This document shows positions 34,210 through 44,349 of a DNA stretch of 46,310 nucleotides, piece by piece. Each line of letters starts with the position of its first letter. The stretch's first letter is position 1. The position numbers and the translations under genes were made by a program. This stretch comes from an uncultured Bacilli bacterium. Its GTDB lineage: Bacteria; Bacillota_I; Bacilli_A; RF39; UBA660. A model generated the notes under the pieces. The model saw only the letters and a program-made list of their open reading frames with translations, ran no database searches and was not told the DNA's origin. Location of the stretch: positions 1 to 46,310 of the forward strand of contig CALVSR010000002.1 in NCBI GenBank assembly GCA_944359075.1. The letters are read 5' to 3'.

Positions 34210-35256
34210 ATGGATAAAGAAGTAGTAGAACTATACTTAGATGATATAATTCCAAATCGTTTTCAACCACGTGAAGTATTTAATGAAGAAGCGTTAAAGG
34301 AATTATCAGATTCTATTAAAGAACATGGAGTAATTCAACCAATTATTGTGAGAAAAATAGGCGATAAATATGAAATTATTGCGGGAGAAAGAAGATATAA
34401 AGCATCTGCTATGGCTGGTCTAACTAAAATTCCAGCTATTATCCGTAATCTTGATGATAAAGAAGCTTCTAAAGTAGCTCTTTTAGAAAATTTGCAAAGG
34501 AAAGATTTAACAGCAATAGAAGAAGCAAGAACTTATCAAAAAATATTAGAATTAGATTCTATGACACAAGAAGAATTAGGACGAACTATGGGAAAATCTC
34601 AAGCAGCAATTGCTAATAAAATGAGATTATTATCACTACCAGATGAAGTTCAAGAAGCACTTTTACAAGATAAAATATCAGAGCGTCATGCTAGAAGTCT
34701 ATTAAATTTGGATACAAGTGAAGAACAAATAAACATGTTAAGAAAAATTATTGAAAATCGTATGACAGTAAGAGATTTAGATAATGAAATTAGGAATATA
34801 AAAGGAGAAAATACAATTTCATCTATTATGAATCATGATAATATAGCCATAGTGCCAGAAAATAAATCCACAATAAATCAACCAACTTCTATTTTAGAAA
34901 GCTCAAAATTAGAATCTAATTCAGTGGAAGAAAAACAATCCGAAGCAGAAGATGCTTTACCTGATTTTCCTTTACCAACTCCTAATCCAATTGAAAATCT
35001 AGAAGAATATATGGAAGAAGACTCAAAAGACCAAATCAAGATAGAGCCTGTTTCTAAACCTTCTCAACCGGATTCTGATTTTAAAATGATTGATGAATTA
35101 TTAAAATCTACACAGACTTATACTATAAAAGATGCAGTAAATGAAATTAAAAGTGTAACTGCTAAAGCAGAAAATAAAGGAATCCATATAAAAGTAGAAG
35201 AAATGGATTTTGAAAACAATTATCAAATCATTATAAATATCGAAAAAAATAAGTAA
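34210..35256 (+). CDS. noc: Noc-like ParB-family protein (nucleoid occlusion protein paralogue)
   Basis: ParB N-domain (IPNRFQPR, IIAGERRYKAS). The HTH GKSQAAIANKMRLLSLP has Gln where ParB has Arg, as Noc does. The C-terminus VEEMDFENNYQIIINIEKNK resembles the Noc C-terminus as I recall it. Sits between rsmG and soj as in Bacillus. Perfect NBS sites are present in the window. Confidence 0.75.
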   Translation: MDKEVVELYLDDIIPNRFQPREVFNEEALKELSDSIKEHGVIQPIIVRKIGDKYEIIAGERRYKASAMAGLTKIPAIIRNLDDKEASKVALLENLQRKDLTAIEEARTYQKILELDSMTQEELGRTMGKSQAAIANKMRLLSLPDEVQEALLQDKISERHARSLLNLDTSEEQINMLRKIIENRMTVRDLDNEIRNIKGENTISSIMNHDNIAIVPENKSTINQPTSILESSKLESNSVEEKQSEAEDALPDFPLPTPNPIENLEEYMEEDSKDQIKIEPVSKPSQPDSDFKMIDELLKSTQTYTIKDAVNEIKSVTAKAENKGIHIKVEEMDFENNYQIIINIEKNK

Positions 35257-35281
35257 AAAGTAGAAGTTCTACTTTTTTTTT
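35255..35281 (+). terminator. intrinsic terminator after noc
   Basis: AAAAAGTAGA-AGT-TCTACTTTTT with a long T-run. Confidence 0.6.
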
Positions 35282-35347
35282 CGAAAATCATTTCATAATT
35301 GGCCATTATTTGTTAAAATAGAAGAGTACAAAAGAAAAGGTGGTAGT

Positions 35348-36136
35348 ATGGGAAAGATCATTTCATTAGTAAATCAAAAAGGTGGAGTAGGAAAAACAAC
35401 AACTAGTATTAATCTTTCTGCATCACTGGCATATTTAGGTAAAAAAGTATTATTAATTGATTTAGATCCTCAAGGAAATACAACAACGGGAGTAGGAATT
35501 AATAAAGGGGATATTACAAACAGTGTCCATGAAGTATTAACAGAAAAATGCAATATCACAGAAGCAATTATTAAAACAAAATATAAAAATCTTTATGTTT
35601 TACCAGCAACTATTAATTTAGCAGGATTAGATATGGAATTAATGGAAAAGAGTAAAACAAATCAAAATTTTATCAAGAATGCACAGTTAAAAACATTTCT
35701 AGATCCTATTAAAGATGTATTTAATTACATTATCATCGATTGTCCTCCATCTTTAGGACTTATTACAACCAATGCTTTAACTGCTTCTGATTCTGTAATT
35801 ATTCCTGTTCAATGTGAATTTTTTGCTTTGGAGGGAATTACGCAATTATTGAATACCATTATGCTAGCTCAAAAGAATTTAAATCCTAATCTAGATATAG
35901 AAGGTGTTTTATTAACAATGTTAGATTCAAGAACTCTTTTAGGATTAGAAGTAGTGGAAGATATTCGTAGATTTTTTAAAGAAAGAGTCTATAATACAAT
36001 TATTCCAAGATTAGTAAAATTAACAGAAGCACCATCTCATGGGAAACCCATATTAGCTTATGACCCAAAACATAGGGCGACAGAAGCATATATAAATTTA
36101 GCAAAGGAAGTGATTGCAAGAAATGGAAACATCTAG
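35348..36136 (+). CDS. soj: chromosome partitioning ATPase ParA/Soj
   Basis: Deviant Walker A NQKGGVGKTTT, followed by DLDPQGN and DCPPSLG. Confidence 0.95.
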   Translation: MGKIISLVNQKGGVGKTTTSINLSASLAYLGKKVLLIDLDPQGNTTTGVGINKGDITNSVHEVLTEKCNITEAIIKTKYKNLYVLPATINLAGLDMELMEKSKTNQNFIKNAQLKTFLDPIKDVFNYIIIDCPPSLGLITTNALTASDSVIIPVQCEFFALEGITQLLNTIMLAQKNLNPNLDIEGVLLTMLDSRTLLGLEVVEDIRRFFKERVYNTIIPRLVKLTEAPSHGKPILAYDPKHRATEAYINLAKEVIARNGNI

Positions 36137-37010
36137 GAGAAAAGCCTTAGGAAGAGGCTTAGAAGAGTTATTTAATAATGAACCAATGGAATATAATAAA
36201 ATTGAGGAGAAAATAATAGAAGAGACCAATAATGAAGAAATTGTAGAACTTCCCTTATCAGAATTAAGAAGTAATCCATATCAACCTCGAAAGAACTTTG
36301 ATGAAAATGCTCTACAAGAATTAGCTACTTCTATTAAAGAACATGGTGTATTCCAACCAATTATTGCCAAAAAAAGTATTAAAGGATATGAAATTATTGC
36401 CGGTGAACGACGTGTAAAAGCTTCTATCTTAGCAGGAAAAGAAACGATTCCAGCTATTATCCGTGATTTTTCTGACCAAGATATGATGGAAATAGCATTA
36501 CTAGAAAATCTACAAAGAGAAAATCTAAATGCCATAGAAGAAGCAATGGCTTATAAAAAATTATTAGATGAATTACATTTAACCCAAGAATCTCTTGCAA
36601 AGAGATTAGGAAAAAGTAGAAGTCATATTACCAATATGTTAGGGTTATTAACTTTACCAGAAGAAGTAAAAGATATGATTATGACTGGCAAACTTTCTAT
36701 GAGTCATGCCCGTGTTTTAAGTAAAATTGAAAATAGTGACCAAATCAAGGAATTGGCTGACAAAATTATTGTAGATGGTTTAAGTGTACGTGAAATAGAG
36801 GAATTATCTCATAATACCAATCTAGAAAAGAAAAATGTTCAAACGAAGCACGATACAAATCGCAATGAATATAAAGTAATAGAAGAAGAATTATCAGAAA
36901 AACTTGGTACCAAAGTTCGTATCAAAAACAACAAAATAGAATTACATTTTGTAAATTCAAGTGATTTGAATAGAATCATAGAAATTATAGGATTAGAAAA
37001 CGAATGTTAG
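36123..37010 (+). CDS. spo0J: chromosome partitioning protein ParB/Spo0J
   Basis: N-terminal ParA-interaction peptide RKALGRGLEELF, NPYQPR, IIAGERRVKAS, and the HTH GKSRSHITNMLGLLTLP (Arg-type). The start is either the ATG at 36123 or the TTG at 36114. Confidence 0.93.
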   Translation: METSRRKALGRGLEELFNNEPMEYNKIEEKIIEETNNEEIVELPLSELRSNPYQPRKNFDENALQELATSIKEHGVFQPIIAKKSIKGYEIIAGERRVKASILAGKETIPAIIRDFSDQDMMEIALLENLQRENLNAIEEAMAYKKLLDELHLTQESLAKRLGKSRSHITNMLGLLTLPEEVKDMIMTGKLSMSHARVLSKIENSDQIKELADKIIVDGLSVREIEELSHNTNLEKKNVQTKHDTNRNEYKVIEEELSEKLGTKVRIKNNKIELHFVNSSDLNRIIEIIGLENEC

Positions 37011-37792
37011 AATTACTAGAGAAAATATTGATTCCTCAAGTTTATTTACCAATTATATATATATGTATTGCGATTTTAACAAATGGTATTATTACAAGAA
37101 TCGTGGATAAAATTTTTTTAAAAAAACAAGAACATCTGAATCGAAATAGTTATAATTATAAGAAAGCAGAAACATTTAAAGTATTACTAAAAAATGTTAT
37201 AAAATATATAATTATCTTATTTTTAATATTAGCTGTATTAAGTACTTATGGAATCGATGTAACTTCTGTCTTAGCAGGATTAGGAATCGCTGGAGTAGTA
37301 TTAGGTTTAGCTCTACAAGATTTAGCCAAAGATATCATTGCTGGTTTTAGTATTATTTTAGAAAATCAATATGCAGTAGGAGACACTATTTCTGTTTCTA
37401 CTTTTAAAGGAGAAGTTATTTTCTTAGGACTTAAAACAACTAAAATAAAAAATTCTGAAGGTCAAGTAAAAATAATTGCCAATCATAATATTACAGAAGT
37501 AATCAATTACAGCATGGAAAATTCTCTAGCTATTGTCGATATTGATATTAATAATGAAGAAAAAATCGAAAAAATAGAAAAAGTATTAACGGAGTTAGTA
37601 GAAGAATTAAGTAAAACATTACCAAAATTAAAAGGAAAAGTAGAATTATTAGGAATTCAACAAATAACATCTAGTGCTGTACGTTATCGAATTACTGCAC
37701 CTACTATTGCTACCGAAAATAATGAAGTAGAAAGAAAGATTAGAAAAGCAATTAAGAAAAAACTAGAAGAAGAAAAAATAAAAATCGGATGA
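37004..37792 (+). CDS. small-conductance mechanosensitive channel (MscS family)
   Basis: TM3/beta-domain signature GIAGVVLGLALQDLAKDIIAGFSIILENQYAVGDTI. Confidence 0.85.
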   Translation: MLELLEKILIPQVYLPIIYICIAILTNGIITRIVDKIFLKKQEHLNRNSYNYKKAETFKVLLKNVIKYIIILFLILAVLSTYGIDVTSVLAGLGIAGVVLGLALQDLAKDIIAGFSIILENQYAVGDTISVSTFKGEVIFLGLKTTKIKNSEGQVKIIANHNITEVINYSMENSLAIVDIDINNEEKIEKIEKVLTELVEELSKTLPKLKGKVELLGIQQITSSAVRYRITAPTIATENNEVERKIRKAIKKKLEEEKIKIG

Positions 37793-37839
37793 AAAGCAAA
37801 CTAGAGTACCATACCAACATCCACAAAAAGAGGTGTAAA

Positions 37840-38037
37840 ATGGAAAATAAAGAATATCAATTAGGAGATAAAGTCATCATGAAAAAGGGACATCCTTGTG
37901 GTGCAAATCAATGGGAAATTGTAAGATTAGGGGTAGATATCAAAATAAAATGTTGCAATTGTGGTAGAGTAGTGATGATTCCCCGAATAGAATTTAATCG
38001 CAAACTAAAAAAGATAGAAAGTAGTGAGGAAGTATAA
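37840..38037 (+). CDS. DUF951-family small protein (YyzM-like)
   Basis: MENKEYQLGDKVIMKKGHPCGANQWEIVRLGVDIKIKCCNCGRVVMIPR matches the DUF951 pattern. AGAGGTG RBS precedes the internal ATG. Lies near ychF as in Bacillus. Confidence 0.8.
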   Translation: MENKEYQLGDKVIMKKGHPCGANQWEIVRLGVDIKIKCCNCGRVVMIPRIEFNRKLKKIESSEEV

Positions 38038-38038
38038 T

Positions 38039-39637
38039 ATGAAAGAAAAAAAGAAGTTAAAACTAAAAAAGTTTTACTTACACCCCATAACTACTTTTAT
38101 ATTGCTGACTATCCTAGTAATGATACTAAGTGGAATTTTTTCTTTATTTCAAATGCAAGCTACCTATACAACACTGAATTCTACAACAGGACAATTAGAA
38201 AGTACTCTAGTAACAGTCGAAAATCTTTTTAGTTTTAATGGCTTAAAATATATTATTAGTAACGCAGCCAGAAATTTTATTAGTTTTACAACACTAAGCA
38301 CTTTATTAATTTCTCTAATTGGTCTAGGAGTGGCTCAAGCAACAGGACTGATAGATACTTTTATTAAGAGAGTATTAGTGAAAATAGATAATAAAAAAGT
38401 AACCTTTATCATTATCTTTCTTGCCACAATTTCTAGTTTAATTAACGATATTGGATATGTAATTTTAATTCCAATTGCAGCCTTAGTATTTCTAAAAAAT
38501 GGACGTAATCCATTGGCTGGGATTATTGCTTCTTTCTGTGGAGTAGCTTTTGGATATGGTGTTACAGTTTTTGTGGGTTCCATGGAAGTAAATTTAATAT
38601 CTACAACAGAGGATGCAGCGAGATTAATTGACTCTGCTTATCATGTAGCCTTAACATCCAATTTAATCATCATCATTATAAGTTCTATTATATTATCTAT
38701 TGTTGGAACTATGATTATAGAAAAAATAGTAATTCCTAAGTTAGGAAGATATAAAGATGTTAATGACATGGCTAAAACAACAGAAATAGAAATTATAGAG
38801 AATGTCGAAGAAGAAGAGCAAAGAAAGTTAGAAGCTGAAATTCATGAAAAAAAAGGAATGAAATATGCAGCTATCATGGCTATTTTATTTGCATTATTCT
38901 TTATCTATTCCTTAATACCAAATTTACCATTTTCAGGAATGCTGTTAGATATGGAAGAATATACTTATTTAGGACAAGTATTTGGCCCAAATTCTTATTT
39001 CCAAGATGGATTTACTTATATGGTATCATTATTCTTCATAGTAACAGGACTTGCTTATGGGATTGGAGCTAAAACAATTAAAAATGATAAAGAATTATTG
39101 GTAGACTCTAGTAAATATATGGTAGAAGTAGCAGCTCTAATTCCTATGGTTTTCTTTGCAACTCAGTTTATCGCTGTATTTAGAAGAACTAACATAGCTA
39201 CGGTAATTACGGCTTGGGGAGCCAATCTAATTAATAGTTTAGATTTTACCGGCATTCCATTACTTCTATTGATAATTATTGTATTAGCTATCATAAACTT
39301 ATTTAATACTACCCCAACCGCAAAATGGACTATTTTAGCACCAATTGTAGTACCTAAATTAATGCAAGCTAATATTTCACCAGAATTTAGTCAATTTATT
39401 CTAAGAGCAACCGATTCTATGACCAAAGGAATTACACCACTTCTTACATATTTCGTGATTTTTGTAGGATATTTAAATATCTATAATCCAAATAAGAGAA
39501 GACCAATTACGATAGGAAGAGCACTTAGATTGATAGCTCCATATTGTATGATTATTAGTCTAGTATGGCTTGCCATTATCTTATTATGGTATTTAACCGG
39601 TCTTCCACTTGGCCCAAATGTTTACCCTACGCTATAG
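38039..39637 (+). CDS. AbgT-family transporter (p-aminobenzoyl-glutamate transporter family)
   Basis: ~530-aa polytopic protein with an AbgT-like N-terminus (KKFYLHPITTFILLTILVMILSGIF). The family call comes from overall pattern recognition only. Confidence 0.65.
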   Translation: MKEKKKLKLKKFYLHPITTFILLTILVMILSGIFSLFQMQATYTTLNSTTGQLESTLVTVENLFSFNGLKYIISNAARNFISFTTLSTLLISLIGLGVAQATGLIDTFIKRVLVKIDNKKVTFIIIFLATISSLINDIGYVILIPIAALVFLKNGRNPLAGIIASFCGVAFGYGVTVFVGSMEVNLISTTEDAARLIDSAYHVALTSNLIIIIISSIILSIVGTMIIEKIVIPKLGRYKDVNDMAKTTEIEIIENVEEEEQRKLEAEIHEKKGMKYAAIMAILFALFFIYSLIPNLPFSGMLLDMEEYTYLGQVFGPNSYFQDGFTYMVSLFFIVTGLAYGIGAKTIKNDKELLVDSSKYMVEVAALIPMVFFATQFIAVFRRTNIATVITAWGANLINSLDFTGIPLLLLIIIVLAIINLFNTTPTAKWTILAPIVVPKLMQANISPEFSQFILRATDSMTKGITPLLTYFVIFVGYLNIYNPNKRRPITIGRALRLIAPYCMIISLVWLAIILLWYLTGLPLGPNVYPTL

Positions 39638-39661
39638 ACAGCTTTTATGAGTTGTCTTTTT
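39636..39661 (+). terminator. intrinsic terminator after the abgT-like gene
   Basis: AGACAGC-N8-GTTGTCT (one G-U pair) followed by TTTTT. Confidence 0.5.
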
Positions 39662-39850
39662 CTATTGTTAAAAATAAAAAGGAATGCTAAAATAAACACA
39701 ATAAAAAAGTGAGATCAATGGAAAATGATAAATTATAGATCGTTAAATCCGTATGATGATGAAAAAATAATATTTCAAAAGAGTATAAAAAATAAAATGT
39801 AATATTATTCATAAATATGATATAATCAGAGTAAGAAAAGAGGTATAAAC

Positions 39851-40951
39851 ATGGGATTAACAGCAGGAATTGTAGGATTACCTAATGTAGGGAAATCGAC
39901 TTTATTTAATGCAATTACCAAAAAAGGAATTCTGGCAGCCAATTATCCATTTGCTACAATAGAACCTAATGTTGGAGTAGTAACGGTACCAGATGAAAGA
40001 TTAGAAATATTAAATAATATGTATCAACCAGAAAGACTAATTCCAACAGCATTTGAATTTACAGATATTGCAGGATTGGTAAAAGGAGCATCACAAGGAG
40101 AAGGATTAGGTAATAAATTTTTGTCTCATATTAGAGAAACAGATGCAATTGTAGAAGTAGTAAGATGTTTTGAAAATAATGATATTATCCATGTCGAAGG
40201 AGAAGTAGATCCTATTCGTGATATTGAAATTATCAATCTAGAATTAGTACTTGCTGATTTAGAAAGTATTGGCAATCGTATTGAAAAAATACAAAAGAAA
40301 ACCCGTACTAGTAAAGATAAAGATGAGTTGGTAGAATTAGAAGCGCTAGAAAAAGCCAAAACAGCATTAGAACAAAATAAAGCTTTAAGAACCGTTGATT
40401 TTACCAAGGAAGAAAAACTAGCTATCAAATCTTATAATTTTTTAACATTAAAACCAATTATCTATATGGCCAATATCAATGAAGAAGAAGTAGCTACAGA
40501 TGATAATCATTATGTTGCAAAAGTAAAGGAGTATGCAGCTAAAGAAGGGGCTAAAGTCATTAAAGTTTGTGCTAAAATCGAAGAAGAATTAAGCCAATTA
40601 GATGATAATGATCATAAAGAAATGTTAAAAGCTTTAGGAATTCAAATGAGTGGATTAGATCAATTAATCAAAGCAACCTACGATTTACTAGGACTAGCCA
40701 CATATTTTACAGTTGGTAAAGATGAAGTTAGAGCATGGACTTTTAGAAAAGGAATGAATGCCAAAGAATGTGCCGGTATCATTCATTCTGATTTTGAAAA
40801 AGGATTTATTCGAGCAGAAATAATGTCTTATGAAGACTTGATTTCTTATGGTAGTGAGTTAAAAGTAAAAGAAGCTGGACGTACTAGATTAGAAGGAAAG
40901 GACTACATTATGCAAGATGGAGACATCTGCCATTTTAGATTTAATGTATAA
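39851..40951 (+). CDS. ychF: redox-regulated ribosome-binding ATPase YchF
   Basis: GIVGLPNVGKSTLFNA, DIAGLVKGAS and the C-terminal TGS-like domain DGDICHFRFNV. Confidence 0.96.
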   Translation: MGLTAGIVGLPNVGKSTLFNAITKKGILAANYPFATIEPNVGVVTVPDERLEILNNMYQPERLIPTAFEFTDIAGLVKGASQGEGLGNKFLSHIRETDAIVEVVRCFENNDIIHVEGEVDPIRDIEIINLELVLADLESIGNRIEKIQKKTRTSKDKDELVELEALEKAKTALEQNKALRTVDFTKEEKLAIKSYNFLTLKPIIYMANINEEEVATDDNHYVAKVKEYAAKEGAKVIKVCAKIEEELSQLDDNDHKEMLKALGIQMSGLDQLIKATYDLLGLATYFTVGKDEVRAWTFRKGMNAKECAGIIHSDFEKGFIRAEIMSYEDLISYGSELKVKEAGRTRLEGKDYIMQDGDICHFRFNV

Positions 40952-40960
40952 GGGAAGAAT

Positions 40961-41458
40961 ATGGAAATATTTAATGTAATACACAGTGTAAATTTAGAAG
41001 ATGAATTACTACAATTTAATCTGAAAGACCATCAAGAATTGATTGCTCAAGTAGAATTTAGAAGAGATATTTTAAATTTAGAACAGGCAAATCATAAATT
41101 TCCAGCACTAGAATCTATTCAGCCAATGCTTTATTCGAAGCAAGACCCATATTTCCAAACTCTAATCATTACATCATTCACAGATCAAGACTCATATACC
41201 GCAACTTCAAAAGAAATAGAAAAAAGCCATGAAGAAAATTTGCAGAAAATAACGCAATTTTTAAAATCTATTATTAAAATAGAACCTACTTATACCCAAG
41301 AAGAGGAATATAAACCAACAGACACCATGGTAGAATACAGTGCCAGATTAATTACAGAAACCAATATTATTGCTTCTGTGATAAGCTATCTTAATTCTCA
41401 AAAAATTAGGATAGAAGAAGAATCTCCAATAATCATGGAGAATATGCATAAACTATAA
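40961..41458 (+). CDS. hypothetical protein
   Basis: 165-aa ORF packed tightly between ychF and the BI-1 gene. No family recognised. Confidence 0.45.
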   Translation: MEIFNVIHSVNLEDELLQFNLKDHQELIAQVEFRRDILNLEQANHKFPALESIQPMLYSKQDPYFQTLIITSFTDQDSYTATSKEIEKSHEENLQKITQFLKSIIKIEPTYTQEEEYKPTDTMVEYSARLITETNIIASVISYLNSQKIRIEEESPIIMENMHKL

Positions 41459-41474
41459 AAAGGAGGAAAAAAGT

Positions 41475-42116
41475 ATGGAAAATAAAATTTACTCAAAAAT
41501 ATATTTTTGGTTATTTGTTGGATTACTAGTAACCTTTGCAACAGGTGCCTATACAGCAAACAATCAAGATGCTTTATCAGTTATCTTTGCAAAAGGATAT
41601 TATTGGATTTTAATTTTGATAGAATTAGGATTAGCTATATTTTTATCAGCTAGAATTCATAAGATGCAACCAACTACAGCTAAAATAAGCTATTTATTAT
41701 ATGCCTTTTTTAGTGGTTTAACTTTTGCATCCCTATTTGTAGTATATAAATTAGAATCTATTATTTTAGTCTTTGCAGTTACAGCTATTCTATTTTTAAT
41801 ATTTGCTTTGATAGGTCACTTTACGAAACTAGATTTAAGTAAAATAGGAACTTATTTAATCATGCTATTAATTGGGATAATTTTATGTACATTAGTAAAC
41901 TTATTTTTACAGAACTCAACATTTGATATTATAATATCTATAATTAGTATTATTATCTTCTTAGGATTTATTGCCTATGATGTTCAAAAAATAAAAAGAT
42001 TAAACGGTTACTTGATAGAAGATAATTTAGCAGTTTTAGGTGCTTTTGAATTATATTTAGATTTTATTAATATCTTTATTGATTTATTAAGATTATTTGG
42101 TAAAACAGATGACTAG
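41475..42116 (+). CDS. Bax inhibitor-1/YccA-family membrane protein
   Basis: Seven TM segments and the C-terminal LYLDFINIFIDLLRLFG typical of BI-1/YccA. GGAGGA RBS. Confidence 0.85.
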   Translation: MENKIYSKIYFWLFVGLLVTFATGAYTANNQDALSVIFAKGYYWILILIELGLAIFLSARIHKMQPTTAKISYLLYAFFSGLTFASLFVVYKLESIILVFAVTAILFLIFALIGHFTKLDLSKIGTYLIMLLIGIILCTLVNLFLQNSTFDIIISIISIIIFLGFIAYDVQKIKRLNGYLIEDNLAVLGAFELYLDFINIFIDLLRLFGKTDD

Positions 42117-42130
42117 AAATAGTCATCTGT
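42105..42130 (+). terminator. hairpin overlapping the BI-1 gene stop codon
   Basis: ACAGATGACTA-GAAA-TAGTCATCTGT, a perfect 11-bp stem. The downstream T-tract is weak. Confidence 0.5.
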
Positions 42131-42274
42131 TATCTTATTTAGATAAGACTTAGTAAAAATGCAAAATAAGTGATAGACAAAGAAGTAAAATAATGTTATA
42201 TTGAGTCTACACACCCAGTAATTTCTAAGAAAGGCGATGAAAGAATCGTTTTTTTGGCGTTTAAAGGAGGGAAT

Positions 42275-44311
42275 ATGGAGTTAAGTCAAAAAGAAAGAAA
42301 TTATGAGCAAAATCATCTTGATAAAACAGTAGAAATTATTAGAAACAAGATCTCAGAATTAGGACAAGAATTTTACGATAAAGAGAAAAAAATTCAACAA
42401 TTTAAAGAACTAATATGGGATTCTAAGCAAGATATGGATCCAACAGAAATGCGTTTTATGATGGCAGAATCCGATGCAGAAGTATTTAGAATAGAAAGAA
42501 AAAGTAAATATTTTCAAACTTTATTTAGAATCCAAGAAAAACCTTATTTTGGAAAAGTGATTTTTAAAGATAACATAAATGAAGAAGAAATCTATATTGG
42601 AATTACTCATGTAGAAGATGATCTAGAGTATTATGTTCATGACTGGAGAAGCCCAATATGTAGTTTATTTTATGATTATGAAGTTGGCCCTGCTAGTTAT
42701 ATATCACCGGATGGAATAGTAACAGGAGAATTATCGGTAAAAAGACAATATAAAATAGAAGAAGGAAAATTAAAAGGAATATTTGATACCAGTATCAATA
42801 TTGAAGATGATGTTTTACAGCAAGTCCTAGCCGAAGACTCTAATGGTAAAATGAAAAATATAGTGAATACCATTCAACAAGAGCAAAATAAAGTAATTAG
42901 AAATACCGAAGATAGAACCTTAATCGTTCAAGGAATAGCTGGAAGTGGTAAAACTAGTGTAGCGCTTCATAGAATTGCCTTTTTACTATATAAGATTAAG
43001 AATCTGTCATCCAATAATATTTTAATTTTTTCCCCTAATAAAGTTTTCTCTGAATATATTTCCAATGTATTACCAGAATTAGGAGAAGATAATACTCTTC
43101 AAACCACTTTTAATCAATTTATGGAAAGTAATATTAAAGAGTTTAGACATGTAGAAGAATTTACGAAATTTATTGAGAGATTCTATAAAGATAAAACTAT
43201 AAATAAAGAATTAATTACCTATAAACAAAGTAATCAAGTAATAACAGATATTACCAACTACATAGAAAATTATAAAAAAACAGCTTATTTTGTAGAAGAT
43301 TTAGAAACAAGGGATTTTACTTATACGAAAGAGGAATTAAACTATTTTTTACATGAAAGATATAATCATATGAAATTTTTTGATATCTTTCCTACCATTG
43401 CTACTAAAATATGTGATACTTACTACAATGGTAAAAAAACAAATCACAAAAAAATAGTATCAGAGCTATATAAAAGATTAAACTATAAGAAAGATTTTAA
43501 AGAAATATATATAAATTTTTATTATAGTAAATATTTTCAAGACAGCTATCCAAAAACTTTATCTGATTATGAAATCCAATCTTTTATAAATAAAAAAGAT
43601 CTGAACTATGAAGATGCTTGTTTATTTATTTATATGAAGGGTTTGTTAGAAGGATTTAGTTATCAAGGAATGATTAAACAAATCGTAATAGATGAAGCAC
43701 AGGATTATAGTAAATTACAGTACCAAGTAATAAAAAATATCTTTCCTAATGCAGGATTCACCATTCTAGGAGATGTGAATCAAACCATTAATCCTTATTA
43801 TAAGTATAAATCGCTAAAAGAATTAGAAGAAATTTTTGATGAAGATACTAAATACTTAGAATTGACCAAAACCTATCGCTCTAGCAAAGAAATTATTGAA
43901 TATACTAATCAAATTTTAGGATTGAATTATGTAACTGCTATTCGTAAAGAAAATCATATTCCCGTTTTATTTAGGGAGGAAAAGAACTTAAAAGAACAGC
44001 TTCAATCGGATATTAATTTGCTACAATCTAAGTATAAATCGATTGCTATAATTACCAAAACAAATGAAGAAGCAAAAAAAATATATGAATTATTAAAAGA
44101 AACTAATCAAGATTTAAGTTTGTTAGAATCTAATACTGAAAAGTTTAATCGCAATTTAATTGTAGTACCAGCTTATACTGCAAAAGGATTAGAGTTTGAT
44201 TCGGTAATCATCTATACTGAAAAAAATAATTCTTATACAGCGGAAGAAAAGTATTTGTATTATGTAGCTTGTACTAGATGTCAACATCAACTACTCGTTT
44301 ACAATCAATAA
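42275..44311 (+). CDS. helD: HelD-like UvrD-family helicase (RNA polymerase recycling ATPase / helicase IV)
   Basis: Walker A QGIAGSGKTSVALHRIAFLLY, Walker B IVIDEAQDY, C-terminal KGLEFDSVII and YVACTRCQHQL. AAGGAGGG RBS precedes the ATG at 42275. Confidence 0.8.
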   Translation: MELSQKERNYEQNHLDKTVEIIRNKISELGQEFYDKEKKIQQFKELIWDSKQDMDPTEMRFMMAESDAEVFRIERKSKYFQTLFRIQEKPYFGKVIFKDNINEEEIYIGITHVEDDLEYYVHDWRSPICSLFYDYEVGPASYISPDGIVTGELSVKRQYKIEEGKLKGIFDTSINIEDDVLQQVLAEDSNGKMKNIVNTIQQEQNKVIRNTEDRTLIVQGIAGSGKTSVALHRIAFLLYKIKNLSSNNILIFSPNKVFSEYISNVLPELGEDNTLQTTFNQFMESNIKEFRHVEEFTKFIERFYKDKTINKELITYKQSNQVITDITNYIENYKKTAYFVEDLETRDFTYTKEELNYFLHERYNHMKFFDIFPTIATKICDTYYNGKKTNHKKIVSELYKRLNYKKDFKEIYINFYYSKYFQDSYPKTLSDYEIQSFINKKDLNYEDACLFIYMKGLLEGFSYQGMIKQIVIDEAQDYSKLQYQVIKNIFPNAGFTILGDVNQTINPYYKYKSLKELEEIFDEDTKYLELTKTYRSSKEIIEYTNQILGLNYVTAIRKENHIPVLFREEKNLKEQLQSDINLLQSKYKSIAIITKTNEEAKKIYELLKETNQDLSLLESNTEKFNRNLIVVPAYTAKGLEFDSVIIYTEKNNSYTAEEKYLYYVACTRCQHQLLVYNQ

Positions 44312-44349
44312 ATTTTATGGTATAATACGTGCATAAAAGAAGGGATAGT

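Noticed and set aside
36782-36797. There is a possible internal parS in the parB/spo0J gene (…GTGTACGTGAAATA…), as in B. subtilis spo0J.
   Set aside because: Only about 10/16 positions match the consensus, so it is not a credible site. A similar CACGTG context in noc (34263-34278) also matches only ~10/16.
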